Positions 20,219-31,619 of a DNA stretch of 64,000 nt are shown here, piece by piece. This stretch comes from Hyphomicrobiales bacterium (GTDB lineage: Bacteria > Pseudomonadota > Alphaproteobacteria > Rhizobiales > MH13). The DNA lies in contig JAVJSN010000015.1 in assembly GCA_040219355.1 (NCBI GenBank), forward strand, positions 382,708-446,707, read 5' to 3'. The position numbers and the translations under genes were made by a program. How positions within the stretch are numbered: the first letter of the stretch is position 1; each line of letters opens with the position of its first letter. Below the pieces are notes generated by a model that did not search any database, had not been told where the DNA came from, and worked only from the letters and a program-made list of their open reading frames with translations.

Positions 20219-20293
20219 TTGCGGCTTCTCCATTGCTGATCATGATTTCATCACCTTCGGTTGTTGCCTGCAAGTTGTGCATCAATTGCGCGT

Positions 20294-20447
20294 TTCTGTT
20301 CGGTATTCGATTATGGGTATCAAATGGATGTTGTTCAGCGTCAAAATCGTTCAAAATTGACCGAAATTCGCATTTTCGGAAGCCTTTTCGGTACAAAAAA
20401 CATAGATAAAGCATTGCGATAAGAAAACCGAAAAAAAACGAAAAAAA
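20294..20447. promoter_or_regulatory. glpR-glpD divergent promoter with repeated TTCG/CGAA elements (putative GlpR operators)
   Basis: AT-rich intergenic region with TGTTCGGT, ATTCGAT, TTTTCG at 20373 and 20385, and CGAAAA at 20429 and 20439 (10-bp period). Confidence 0.4.
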
Positions 20448-20509
20448 CTATCTTCCTTTTTCTTGTTCAGCCTGCCATGCTTAGAAAAATTCTGAGGAGG
20501 GAGGCTCAG

Positions 20510-22153
20510 GTGCCGAAAAAACAAGGCACATCGGATATCCACGATCTTTTCGTGATCGGTGGCGGTATCAATGGATGCGGGATCGCACGCGATGCGGCCG
20601 GTCGCGGCTTGGATGTGGTCCTGGCTGAGATGGGCGATCTGGCGTCTGCGACCTCATCGGCTTCCACCAAGCTGTTCCATGGTGGCCTTCGCTATCTTGA
20701 GTATTTTGAGTTCCGCTTGGTGCGCGAGGCGCTGATCGAGCGCGAGGTGCTGCTGCGCGCCATGCCGCATATCAGCTGGCCGATGCGTTTCGTGCTGCCG
20801 TACCACAAGGATATGCGCTTTGAGAGCGACACGCCGACCTCGCGGCTGCTCAACGTATTCATGCCATGGATGAAGGGGCGGCGCCCCGCTTGGCTCATTC
20901 GTCTTGGCCTGTTTTTGTACGATTCCCTGGGTGGCCGGAAAATCCTGCCGGGTACAGCGACGCTTGATCTGCGCCAAGCGCCGGAAGGCGGGCCAATCAA
21001 TGATCGCTTTGAGCGGGCCTACGAATACTCCGATTGCTGGGTGGAAGACTCCCGCTTGGTGGTGCTCAATGCCCGCGACGCTGAAGCGCGCGGCGCCGCG
21101 ATCATGGTGCGTACCAAAGTCGTCGGCGCTGAACGCCATGCCGATCATTGGGATGTGACGACCGAGGATGTGGCCACTGGTGCCCGGCAGGGTTTCAAGG
21201 CGCGCATGCTGGTCAATGCCGGTGGGCCCTGGGTTGGCGACATTATTCACCAGAAGGTTCGGTTGAACTTATCTGAGGGCGTGCGGCTGGTGCGCGGCAG
21301 CCACATCGTGACGCGCAAGCTCTACGATCACGACAAGTGCTACTTCTTCCAGGGCACGGATGGTCGGATCATTTTTGCCATTCCCTATGAGCAGGACTTC
21401 ACGCTGATCGGGACGACCGACGCCGAGCATGAGGATGTATCAATTGCAGCCGAATGCACGCCGGAAGAGAGGGACTATTTGCTGCGATTCGTCAGCCAGT
21501 ATTTCAAACAAGAAGTGACGGTTGATGATGTGGTCTGGACCTACTCCGGTGTCCGGCCGCTCTACGATGACGGTGCGAGTTCAGCGACCGCGGCGACGCG
21601 TGATTACACGTTGAAGGTGGACAAGAATGGCGGTGCGCCGATCCTCAATTGCTTTGGCGGCAAGATCACGACCTACCGCCGGCTGGCCGAAAGCGCGCTC
21701 GATCTGATCGCCGAACAGTTCGATGGGCTGCCTGGTCCCTGGACGGCAGGTGTGGCGCTGCCTGGCGGCGATTTCGCCGTCGATGGCTTCGATCAACTGG
21801 TCAATGATTTGCGCCGCGATCATCCTTATCTGGAACATCGCCATGCCCGCCGTTTGGTGCGCGCTTATGGCACTGAGGCTTCCGCAATCCTTGGGGATGC
21901 GGCGGGCCACGCGGATCTAGGTGAAGATTTTGGCGCGACGCTCAGTGAGCGCGAAGTGCGGTGGCTTATGGATCATGAATATGCCCGTGCAGCCGACGAT
22001 ATCGTTTGGCGGCGGACCAAACTTGGTTTGAAACTCAAGCCTGAAGAAATTGCAGTGCTCGATACTTGGATCGACGACCATCGTGCCGCGCCTGGGGGCG
22101 CCAATGGTGGCGAGCCATCCGAGGCACGCAGCGCGCTCGGGGGAGGGCGGTAA
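20510..22153 (+). CDS. glpD: Aerobic glycerol-3-phosphate dehydrogenase
   Basis: IGGGINGCGIARDAAGRG, TSSASTKLFHGGLRYLE, RGSHIV, YSGVRPL, GGKITTYR, WRRTKLG. GTG start with a GGAGG RBS. Confidence 0.96.
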   Translation: MPKKQGTSDIHDLFVIGGGINGCGIARDAAGRGLDVVLAEMGDLASATSSASTKLFHGGLRYLEYFEFRLVREALIEREVLLRAMPHISWPMRFVLPYHKDMRFESDTPTSRLLNVFMPWMKGRRPAWLIRLGLFLYDSLGGRKILPGTATLDLRQAPEGGPINDRFERAYEYSDCWVEDSRLVVLNARDAEARGAAIMVRTKVVGAERHADHWDVTTEDVATGARQGFKARMLVNAGGPWVGDIIHQKVRLNLSEGVRLVRGSHIVTRKLYDHDKCYFFQGTDGRIIFAIPYEQDFTLIGTTDAEHEDVSIAAECTPEERDYLLRFVSQYFKQEVTVDDVVWTYSGVRPLYDDGASSATAATRDYTLKVDKNGGAPILNCFGGKITTYRRLAESALDLIAEQFDGLPGPWTAGVALPGGDFAVDGFDQLVNDLRRDHPYLEHRHARRLVRAYGTEASAILGDAAGHADLGEDFGATLSEREVRWLMDHEYARAADDIVWRRTKLGLKLKPEEIAVLDTWIDDHRAAPGGANGGEPSEARSALGGGR

Positions 22154-23241
22154 TGTCATTGAAATTAGAGGGTGTGTCGAAATCCGTTGCCGGCAAAACG
22201 CACATCTATCCAACAGATCTGGAATTGCAGAACGGCACGATGAACGTGCTGCTCGGGCCGACGCTGTCTGGAAAAACCACACTGATGCGCCTGATGGCAG
22301 GCCTTGATGTGCCCAATACCGGACGGGTTCTTTGGAACGGCGAGGATGTGACCGGTCAGCGCGTGCAGGACCGCAAGGTCGCCATGGTCTACCAGCAGTT
22401 CATCAATTACCCGTCGATGACGGTTTACGACAACATCGCCTCGCCGCTGCGCTTGCTGAAGATGGATGCTGGCGAAATCGACAAGGCCGTCCAAGAAGTC
22501 GCTGAGATGATGAAGTTGACGCCGATGCTTCAGCGCAAGCCGCTTGAGCTTTCCGGGGGTCAGCAACAACGGTGTGCGCTGGCACGGGCTCTAGTGAAGA
22601 ATGCCGGGTTGGTGCTGCTTGATGAGCCGCTCGCCAACCTTGATTACAAGCTGCGCGAAGAACTGCGCATCGAAATTCCCAAAATCTTCGAGCGATCGGG
22701 CGCGATTTTTGTCTACGCGACGACAGAGCCGGAAGAGGCTCTGCTGCTCGGCGGTAACACCGCGGCCATGTGGGAGGGTAAGATCACCCAGTTTGGTTTG
22801 ACCCCGTCGGTTTATCGCAAGCCCAACAATGCCACGACGGCGCGGGTGTTCTCCGACCCACCGATGAACTTCCTGGCTGTGACGAAAACGGGTGACACAC
22901 TTTCATTTGGTGATGGCCAGAAGGCGCCAGCGGTCAAACAGCTATCAGGCGTTTCTGACGGCCAGTATTTGGCCGGCTTCCGTCCGAACCATGTGGAGCT
23001 GCACCGCCATGTGGATGGTGCGATGGAGTTCAACACCAAGCTTTCGGTGACAGAGATCACCGGCTCGGAAACCTTCGTTCACCTCGATCACCATGGCGAG
23101 CCTTGGGTTGGTCTCATCCACGGCGTCCACGAGTTGGAGTTGGGAAAGGAGTTGAAGGTTTACCTGGATACCGACCACGCCTACATCTTTTCCCAGGATG
23201 GCGATCTGGTCGCGCCGGCGCCTTATGCGGAGGCCGCGTAG
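22153..23241 (+). CDS. glpS: Glycerol ABC transporter ATP-binding subunit
   Basis: [29 protein letters not shown]. Gene order matches the Rhizobium-type glp transporter. Confidence 0.8.
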   Translation: MSLKLEGVSKSVAGKTHIYPTDLELQNGTMNVLLGPTLSGKTTLMRLMAGLDVPNTGRVLWNGEDVTGQRVQDRKVAMVYQQFINYPSMTVYDNIASPLRLLKMDAGEIDKAVQEVAEMMKLTPMLQRKPLELSGGQQQRCALARALVKNAGLVLLDEPLANLDYKLREELRIEIPKIFERSGAIFVYATTEPEEALLLGGNTAAMWEGKITQFGLTPSVYRKPNNATTARVFSDPPMNFLAVTKTGDTLSFGDGQKAPAVKQLSGVSDGQYLAGFRPNHVELHRHVDGAMEFNTKLSVTEITGSETFVHLDHHGEPWVGLIHGVHELELGKELKVYLDTDHAYIFSQDGDLVAPAPYAEAA

Positions 23242-23243
23242 AC

Positions 23244-24340
23244 ATGGCCAAGATCACCTTTGAAAATTTGGCGCACTCCTATCTTTCCAACCCGTCGGGC
23301 GAGGACGATTACGCGCTCAAAGAAATCAACCATGATTGGGTGGACGGGGAAGCTTACGCGCTGCTCGGTTCATCGGGCTGCGGCAAGACCACCTTGCTCA
23401 ACATTATTTCTGGGCTCTTACAGCCGAGTCAGGGTCAAATTTTCTTCAATGGTGAAGATGTCACCCAGTCGCCAACCGCCGAGCGCAACATCGCGCAGGT
23501 CTTCCAGTTCCCTGTCGTCTACGACACGATGAGCGTGCGCGATAATCTGGCGTTTCCGCTGCGCAATCGCGGCGCCGATGCAGCTTACATCGCCCAGCGC
23601 GTACAGACCGTCTCCAAGATGATCGGCATGGAAGAGGAGCTTGGCCGCAAAGCACGTGGGCTGACCGCCGACGCCAAGCAGAAGATTTCGCTCGGGCGCG
23701 GCATGGTCCGCGAAGACGTCAACGCGCTCCTGTTCGATGAACCGCTCACCGTGATCGATCCGCATCTCAAGTGGGAGCTGCGCACGCAGCTGAAATCCCT
23801 GCATCACGAATTTGGGCACACGATGATTTATGTGACCCACGATCAGACCGAAGCACTGACCTTCGCCGACAAGGTGGTGGTTATGTATGACGGCCGCGTG
23901 GTGCAGATCGGCACACCCGAAGAGCTTTTTGAGACGCCTGAACACACCTTCGTTGGTTATTTCATCGGCTCGCCTGGCATGAATTTGCTCGATGCAACTG
24001 TTGATGGCGCAACGGCCCAGGTCGCCGGCGGATCGGTGGATCTTGGCCAGGGCTACGGCCCGGCAAGCGGCAAGGTGCAAATCGGTGTGCGCCCAGAATT
24101 CGTGCGTCTTGCCAGCGGTGGTGCCGGCCTGTCGGCAACCATCGACCGGGTTGAGGATGTTGGTCGCCACAAGATCGTGCGGCTCAGCCTGGCTGATGTT
24201 GGCCTGAGCGCAATTTTGGCGGAAGGTGAGCCGGTGCCTTCCTCTGACGTAAGAGTCACTTTCGATCCGTCGAAGATCAACATTTATGCCGACGACTGGC
24301 GTGTGGCGCCTCTTGAAGAGCAAAAAGGGGAGGCGGCCTG

Positions 24341-24341
<1 letters not shown>
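23244..24341 (+). CDS. glpT: Glycerol ABC transporter ATP-binding subunit
   Basis: GSSGCGKTT, LTADAKQKISLGRG, DEPLTVIDPHLK, THDQTEA. Confidence 0.8.
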
Positions 24342-25212
<871 letters not shown>

Positions 25213-25213
<1 letters not shown>

Positions 25214-26013
25214 TGATCAATCGTAAAGCCATCGTGATGGCGCTCTACCTGCTGTTTCTGTTTTTGCCGATTTACTGGCTCATCAATATGAGCCTGAAGA
25301 CAAATTCAGAAATATTGGGCGGGCTGACGCTGTTCCCGACCAATCTGACCTTTGCCAACTATGCGACGATCCTGACCGATCCCAGCTGGTATATGGGTTA
25401 TGTGAACTCGATCATTTACGTGACGATGAACACGGTCATCAGCTTGGCGGTTGCTTTGCCGGCCGCCTACGCTTTCAGCCGCTACAATTTCCTCGGCGAC
25501 AAGCATCTGTTCTTCTGGTTGCTCACCAACCGGATGGCGCCACCTGCGGTTTTCGCGCTGCCGTTTTTCCAGCTTTATGGGTCGGTCGGCCTGTTCGACA
25601 CGCATATTGCCGTCGCCTTAGCGCACACGCTGTTCAACGTGCCACTGGCAGTGTGGATATTGGAAGGCTTCATGCGCGGCGTGCCGAAGGAAATCGACGA
25701 GACGGCCTATATCGACGGCTACTCGTTTCCGCGCTTTTTCGTGAAGATTTTCATGCCGCTCATCGCCTCAGGCATCGGTGTGGCAGCCTTCTTCTGTTTC
25801 ATGTTTTCGTGGGTGGAACTGCTGCTCTCACGTACGCTCACGGCCACTGAAGCCAAGCCGATCGCTGCCATCATGACCCGGACCGTTGGTGCGTCCGGGA
25901 TCGATTGGGGCGTGCTTGCCGCAGCTGGTGTTCTCACCATCGTGCCGGGTGCTTTGGTCATCTATTTCGTTCGCAACTACATCGCCAAGGGCTTTGCCCT
26001 GGGCCGCGTTTAG
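25213..26013 (+). CDS. glpQ: Glycerol ABC transporter permease
   Basis: AYAFSRY, NRMAPPAVF, EIDETAYIDG, RNYIAKGFALGRV. Confidence 0.8.
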
Positions 26014-26037
26014 AGCCCCGAAAGGAGGGAGGAAATC

Positions 26038-26316
26038 ATGGACCTTTCCTGGATGGCATGGACTTCGCAGACGGCGATTTTTTTCGGCGTCATCGCGCTC
26101 CTGCTTTTCACCTTCACGGTGCTTGCCATCAAATTCCCGGAGACGCCGCGTGTCGGCGTTCTTCGGATCGAAACGACCCGTGGTGATCGGCTGTTCATCA
26201 CGCTTCTTGGCTCAGCCTTTATCAATCTGGCCTGGCTGGGCTTGGAGGTCGGACCGCAGCCCTATGCGCTGCTCGTCTGCCTTGCTTATGCCGCTGCGGT
26301 TTTCCGCTGGGTGTAA
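26038..26316 (+). CDS. glpU: DUF2160 small membrane protein of the glycerol ABC system
   Basis: WMAWT..TAIFF, R.GVLRIETTRGDRLFITLLGSAFI. Lies between the permeases and the SBP. Confidence 0.8.
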   Translation: MDLSWMAWTSQTAIFFGVIALLLFTFTVLAIKFPETPRVGVLRIETTRGDRLFITLLGSAFINLAWLGLEVGPQPYALLVCLAYAAAVFRWV

Positions 26317-26393
26317 CGGGCAATTCCCACGCGGACCGATGCCAACAAGTCGGCCGCACCAAACCAACTGTTCCAATCCTTTGGGAGGAAACA

Positions 26394-28118
26394 ATGAAGT
26401 CAATCCTTAGAACAACCTCGGTGCTTGCACTGACGGCAGGGCTGTTGCCCGTCATGCCGGCATTTGCCGACATGGATGCCGCGACCGCATTCCTTGATGC
26501 GGAAATCGAGCGCTCCGTGATTAGCCGCGCTGAGCAGGAAGCGGAGATGCAGTGGTTTATTGACGCTGCTGAGCCCTATCAAGGGATGGAAATTCGTGTG
26601 GTGTCGGAAACGATCACAACCCACGAATATGAAGCCAACGTGTTGGCGCCAGCGTTCACCGCAATCACCGGCATTCAGGTCACCCACGATCTGATCGGCG
26701 AGGGCGATGTTGTTGAGCGTCTGCAAACGCAGATGCAGACCGGCGAAAACATCTATGATGCTTATGTGAACGATTCCGATCTCATCGGCACACACTGGCG
26801 CTATCAGCAGGTTCGCAACCTGACCGACTGGATTGCAGGTGAAGGCGCTGACGTTACCAGCCCAACGTTGAACCTGGACGATTTCATCGGCCTGGACTTC
26901 ACCACCGGTCCTGATGGCAAGCTCTACCAGATGCCGACGCAGCAGTTCGCGAACCTTTACTGGTTCCGTTATGACTGGTTCACCGACGAAAAGAACATGG
27001 CCGACTTCGAAGCCGAATATGGCTATCCGCTTGGCGTGCCAGTGAACTGGACGGCGTACGAGCAGATTGCTGAGTTCTTCACCGGTCGCGATCTCTCGCA
27101 TATGGGTCATGAAGGCGATGTCTACGGCCACATGGACTATGGTCGTCGCGATCCCTCGCTTGGCTGGCGCTTCACCGATGCGTGGATGTCGATGGCTGGC
27201 ATGGGAGACGTTGGCGAGCCGAACGGTCTGCCGGTCGATGAGTGGGGCATTCGTGTGAACGAAAACTCTCAGCCCGTGGGTTCTTGTGTTGCCCGTGGCG
27301 GTGCTACCAACGGTCCAGCAGCTGTTTATGCCATCGAAAAGTACACCGATTGGCTGACTGCTTATGCACCTCCGGCTGCTGCTGGCATGAACTTCTCTGA
27401 ATCCGGTCCGATCCCATCGCAGGGCGGCATCGCGCAGCAGATGTTCTGGTACACAGCGTTCACCGCCGACATGGTGGGTGAAGGTGCGGCTGCTGTTCTC
27501 AACGAAGATGGCTCACCGCGCTGGCGCATGGCCCCAAGCCCGCATGGCGCTTACTGGGAAGATGGCATGAAGGTCGGTTACCAGGATGCTGGTTCCTGGA
27601 CCTTGATGGAGTCGACCCCAGTGGATCGTGCGCAGGCTGCTTGGCTCTACGCCCAGTTCGTCACCTCCATGACGGTCGATCTTGAGAAGTCTCACACTGG
27701 TCTGACATTCATCCGTGAATCGACGATCAACCATGAGAGCTTCACCGAGCGTGCGCCGAACCTTGGTGGTCTGGTCGAGTTCTACCGCTCGCCGGCTCGC
27801 GTTCAGTGGTCACCAACCGGCACCAACGTGCCTGACTACCCACGTTTGGCGCAGCTCTGGTGGCAGAACATTGGTGATGCCTCTTCTGGTTCCCTTTCGG
27901 CTCAGGAAGCACTCGACAATCTCTGCGCCGAGCAAGAACGTGTTCTTGAGCGTTTGGAGCGTTCTGGTGTTCAGGGCGACCTTGGTCCGGTCCTCAACGA
28001 GGAAATGGATCCAGAGTTCTGGTTGAGCCAGCCAGGGTCTCCGAAAGCTGAGTTGGAGAACGAAGACGAGCAGCCAATGACGATCAGCTACGATGAGCTG
28101 ATCCAGTCCTGGCAGTAG
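26394..28118 (+). CDS. glpV: Glycerol ABC transporter substrate-binding protein
   Basis: Signal peptide, 574 aa, SETITTHEYE, DSDLIGTHWRY, WRFTDAW, GYQDAGSWT, TGTNVPDYP. Confidence 0.85.
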   Translation: MKSILRTTSVLALTAGLLPVMPAFADMDAATAFLDAEIERSVISRAEQEAEMQWFIDAAEPYQGMEIRVVSETITTHEYEANVLAPAFTAITGIQVTHDLIGEGDVVERLQTQMQTGENIYDAYVNDSDLIGTHWRYQQVRNLTDWIAGEGADVTSPTLNLDDFIGLDFTTGPDGKLYQMPTQQFANLYWFRYDWFTDEKNMADFEAEYGYPLGVPVNWTAYEQIAEFFTGRDLSHMGHEGDVYGHMDYGRRDPSLGWRFTDAWMSMAGMGDVGEPNGLPVDEWGIRVNENSQPVGSCVARGGATNGPAAVYAIEKYTDWLTAYAPPAAAGMNFSESGPIPSQGGIAQQMFWYTAFTADMVGEGAAAVLNEDGSPRWRMAPSPHGAYWEDGMKVGYQDAGSWTLMESTPVDRAQAAWLYAQFVTSMTVDLEKSHTGLTFIRESTINHESFTERAPNLGGLVEFYRSPARVQWSPTGTNVPDYPRLAQLWWQNIGDASSGSLSAQEALDNLCAEQERVLERLERSGVQGDLGPVLNEEMDPEFWLSQPGSPKAELENEDEQPMTISYDELIQSWQ

Positions 28119-28176
28119 GTCTAGGCTCTAAGTCGTAAGCCTTCCTCCAGTCGGGGCCTGACGGTTCCGGCAGGTT

Positions 28177-28217
28177 CCAGGGCCCGAGATCGAAAGATCT
28201 CGGGCCCTGGTTCGTTT
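28177..28217. terminator. Intrinsic, probably bidirectional terminator between the convergent glpV and MFS genes
   Basis: CCAGGGCCCGAGATC-GAAA-GATCTCGGGCCCTGG, a perfect 15-bp stem with a GNRA loop, followed by TTCGTTT. Confidence 0.8.
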
Positions 28218-28242
28218 GAAAGAGCACGATTTGCCGGATTGT

Positions 28243-29523
28243 TTATCTGGCCGAGAGTTCGCGCGTCAGGCGGCGTTCTATGAACAGGCACACGACCGAA
28301 AGGCCAATGCACCAAAGACCCATGGTGAGGGCTTGCGCTGGAAAAGTGATGCCATGATCAATCAGCAAGCCAGTGATGCCAGGTCCAATGGCGGTAGACA
28401 CCACCATGATCGTTGTCGCCATAGAGCGGATCGATCCGAGATGCTCGGTGCCATAGACCAGCGGGAAGAGAACGCCCAGAAGGGCGCTGTTGACGCCCTG
28501 CGTGATGCCTATCAGCCCAAGCGCCATATACCACGCCGCGACATGCTCCGCCGGACCAACAACCGCGATACCCAGGCCCATTGGAACGAGCAAAAGAGGC
28601 AGTAGCCTTTGTGCACCAAACCTGTCGCTGGCCCATCCACTGAGGAAGCCGAATGCGACCGAAAGGCCGGCATATGCTGTATATCCTGGCGCCATCGCAA
28701 GCAGTGTCCAGCCTTTGACCTCTGCCACATGTACTTGATGAAAGAAGATGACGGTGCCGATGAACCCAGGGGTCAGCAAGACAGGCAGCATCGCCGGCAG
28801 CAGCCAGTGCCGCGCCGCATCTTGGCGTTTCCAGTGCTTGCCGCCCAATCCTGGAGTGCCCGTTTGCAACCGTACGCCCTGTGCGGTCCGTCCTTCATGA
28901 AGAAGCCAATAGAGGCTTGGTAGAATGACGAGGATGAGAATCGCTGATACGACCAGCCACGTGGTCTGCCAACCAAGCACCCCGATTGCGACGACAGCGG
29001 TCAAGGCCAGCGCCATCTCACCAGCTGGATGCCCCAAGTTGGCGACGGCAACAGCTTGCCCGCGGCGTGCTTCGAACCAACGGCCCATTGCTGTCATCGC
29101 GATATGTGTAAACATCCCCTGACCGCAGAAGCGCAGCGCAAACAAGGACAACCCAAGCAGCCAAACCCATGGCGAGAACGCCAGACCGAGTGCCGCGATG
29201 CCGAACCCGGCGGCGATAATTGGGGCGAGCTTGTAAAGCGGGATCGTGTCGGCGAGGGAGCCGCGCCAGAAGAGCAGAGCGGCTGAGCCGAGCGTCGCCA
29301 CGGTGTAGAGGCTGCCCCATTGACCATCGGTCAGGCCGTGCTCCTGTTTTATGAACCCGGCAAACAGAGAAATGAACCAGGTCTGGCCGAACCCGGACGA
29401 GATGGTCAGAAGAAATCCTGCGCCAAGCCATCGGGCGTTGTTTTTGAGGAACTGAAACAAGAGGGCTGCATTCAGATCGGTGAGGGGGTCAAAGCGCGAG
29501 GGCGCAGACCATGCCCTCTTCAA
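28243..29523 (-). CDS. MFS transporter (true start probably somewhat downstream of the ORF start)
   Basis: About 12 hydrophobic segments; SGFGQTWFISLF, LRFCGQG, GRWFEARRG, GWASDRFG. Confidence 0.88.
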   Translation of the reverse strand: MKRAWSAPSRFDPLTDLNAALLFQFLKNNARWLGAGFLLTISSGFGQTWFISLFAGFIKQEHGLTDGQWGSLYTVATLGSAALLFWRGSLADTIPLYKLAPIIAAGFGIAALGLAFSPWVWLLGLSLFALRFCGQGMFTHIAMTAMGRWFEARRGQAVAVANLGHPAGEMALALTAVVAIGVLGWQTTWLVVSAILILVILPSLYWLLHEGRTAQGVRLQTGTPGLGGKHWKRQDAARHWLLPAMLPVLLTPGFIGTVIFFHQVHVAEVKGWTLLAMAPGYTAYAGLSVAFGFLSGWASDRFGAQRLLPLLLVPMGLGIAVVGPAEHVAAWYMALGLIGITQGVNSALLGVLFPLVYGTEHLGSIRSMATTIMVVSTAIGPGITGLLIDHGITFPAQALTMGLWCIGLSVVCLFIERRLTRELSAR

Positions 29524-29571
29524 ATACGCTGATCAAACCAGGTTGAATAGGGTCTCTGACTTGCAGTCACA

Positions 29572-30483
29572 TTAGCTGGGCTCACCTACCGGGAGCGATT
29601 CCAGTAGCGACCAAATAAGGTCTTCACTTTTGGTCGTCTCTTGGTTGAGGCGCGCGGCAGTGATTGTGAGATCGCAACTGGGTAATGTGGACGAGAGATC
29701 GTGAAGACTCCCAGAGGATAGTTCCTTGCGTGCAAGTGATAGTGGCACCCAGGCAACGCCGATGGCGGAGGCTGCAAATTCTAATGCGGCCAGAGTGAGT
29801 GCTGTTTCCACGCGTGGGACGGCGTCGGCAAGGCTACGTACTCGTGGGAGGATCGTGCGATCCATCACCTGGCCCAAGAACACATCATTGGGGTAAGCGA
29901 TAATGGGCAATTGTCCGGACGCAAAACGCTCGTTGAGCAGAGCCTTGTCGGCAGCTGAAAACACAGGAACCAGCCTGTCGTTGCCGATGGTTAGCGTTTG
30001 GAGAAAATCTGCAGATTGGTCCGGTTTTTGATCTGGCGCTTGGTAGAGAATGGCCAAATCTGCCTGGCGTCCCAAGAGCAAGCTAAAACAATCATCCAGA
30101 TTGGCTGAGCGCAGCCGTACGTAAAGCTCACTGTGGTGTCGTTGTATGACTCTAAGCACGCGTGGGGTAAACGCGGCGGTCAGCGCATGCTGGCTGGCAA
30201 TCACCAAGCGATTGCCGGACAATCGGCTGCTGCGCTGTAAATCGGTGGATAGCTGCCGCAAGCTGCCAACAAGCCTAGCGATCTCGGCTTTGTTCTCATC
30301 TGTGGTCGGCTTTAGCTGGATGGGCTTTCGGGTGCGGTCGAATAGTTCCACGCCCAGATGCTCTTCAATCTGTTGGATGCGGCGAGAGAATGCCGACGGC
30401 GTTAAGTGCTGTCTGTCTGCGGCTTCAGTGAAGGAGCCGGTGTCGGCGACCGCCAAGATATCCTCAAGCCATTCTAATCGCAT
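29572..30483 (-). CDS. LysR family regulator divergent from cuyA (CuyR-like)
   Basis: GSFTEAADRQHLTPSAFSRRIQQIEEHLGVELFDR. Confidence 0.9.
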   Translation of the reverse strand: MRLEWLEDILAVADTGSFTEAADRQHLTPSAFSRRIQQIEEHLGVELFDRTRKPIQLKPTTDENKAEIARLVGSLRQLSTDLQRSSRLSGNRLVIASQHALTAAFTPRVLRVIQRHHSELYVRLRSANLDDCFSLLLGRQADLAILYQAPDQKPDQSADFLQTLTIGNDRLVPVFSAADKALLNERFASGQLPIIAYPNDVFLGQVMDRTILPRVRSLADAVPRVETALTLAALEFAASAIGVAWVPLSLARKELSSGSLHDLSSTLPSCDLTITAARLNQETTKSEDLIWSLLESLPVGEPS

Positions 30484-30593
30484 GACGCTCCCCTAAGTTG
30501 CATGATTTGCATGTTAGATCAAAAATTTCGAATTTGCATTGGGGTTTTTCGTCAGCAAGACTGCGATGGTGCAATTTTAACAAAGGACCTGCC

Positions 30594-31616
30594 ATGCACC
30601 TCGCTCGTTTTCCTCGGCTTCGGCTGGCGCATCTCCCAACCCCGCTGGAACCGATGGAGCGGTTGAGCAAGGAGTTGGGTGGTCCGGAGATCTGGATTAA
30701 GCGCGACGACTGCACCGGCATGTCCACTGGCGGCAACAAGACGCGCAAGCTGGAATTTCTGATGGCCGAAGCCGAGGCCATGAACGCCGACATCGCCATG
30801 ACCCAGGGCGCAACCCAGTCTAACCATGCTCGTCAGACGGCGGCCTTTGCTTCCAAGCTCGGCATGAAATGCCACATCCTGCTTGAGGACCGTACCGGCT
30901 ACAGCGATCATAATTACAACGACAATGCCAATGTGCTGCTTGATCATTTGCATGGCGCGACCACGGCTAAGTATCCCGGTGGTCACGACATGCCTGGCGA
31001 GATGGAAAAGGCCGCCGAGGCGGCCCGCGCCGAGGGTAAGACGGTTTATGTGATCCCAGGCGGAGGATCGAACCCGACGGGTGCCCTAGGATACGTCAAC
31101 TGCGCGATGGAGTTGCTCGCCCAGGCCAATGAGCAAGGCTTGGTGGTCGATCATCTTGTGCACGCGACTGGGTCATCGGGCACCCAGGCCGGATTGGTCG
31201 TCGGCTTGAAGGCTTTGAATGCTGGCATTCCTCTCCTCGGGTTCGGCACCCGCGCGCCGCAGCCGAAACAAGAGCAGATGGTCTATGACCTGGCCTGTAA
31301 AACGGCGGAAAAAATGGGATTGCCTGGCATTGTTGCGCGCGAAGATGTTCGTGCCGACACGAACTATGTCGGCGAAGGCTACGGCCTGCCGCGCGAGGAC
31401 ACGCTGGAAGCGATCCGGATGTTTGCTGAGCTGGAGGGTATCCTTCTGGATCCTGTTTACTCCGGCAAAGGTGCTGCTGGTCTGATCGACTATGTCCGTA
31501 GAGGACACTTCAAAAAGGGCGAGCGCGTGGTTTTCCTTCACACTGGTGGATCGGCGGCTTTGTTTGGCTATGACGCCTTCTTTGCTGACACTTCCATGGC
31601 GCAGGCGGCGGAGTAA
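30594..31616 (+). CDS. cuyA: Cysteate sulfo-lyase / D-cysteine desulfhydrase family PLP enzyme
   Basis: [78 protein letters not shown]. Closely resembles Ruegeria CuyA as I recall it, and the context is sulfonate genes. Confidence 0.8.
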   Translation: MHLARFPRLRLAHLPTPLEPMERLSKELGGPEIWIKRDDCTGMSTGGNKTRKLEFLMAEAEAMNADIAMTQGATQSNHARQTAAFASKLGMKCHILLEDRTGYSDHNYNDNANVLLDHLHGATTAKYPGGHDMPGEMEKAAEAARAEGKTVYVIPGGGSNPTGALGYVNCAMELLAQANEQGLVVDHLVHATGSSGTQAGLVVGLKALNAGIPLLGFGTRAPQPKQEQMVYDLACKTAEKMGLPGIVAREDVRADTNYVGEGYGLPREDTLEAIRMFAELEGILLDPVYSGKGAAGLIDYVRRGHFKKGERVVFLHTGGSAALFGYDAFFADTSMAQAAE

Positions 31617-31619
31617 GCC

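Noticed and set aside
30484-30593. TTGCAT repeats in the lysR-cuyA promoter as an operator
   Set aside because: These are three short direct repeats with no clean T-N11-A dyad, too weak to call.
30594-31616. ACC deaminase
   Set aside because: Same fold, but the sequence follows the CuyA/DcyD pattern and the neighbours are sulfonate genes.
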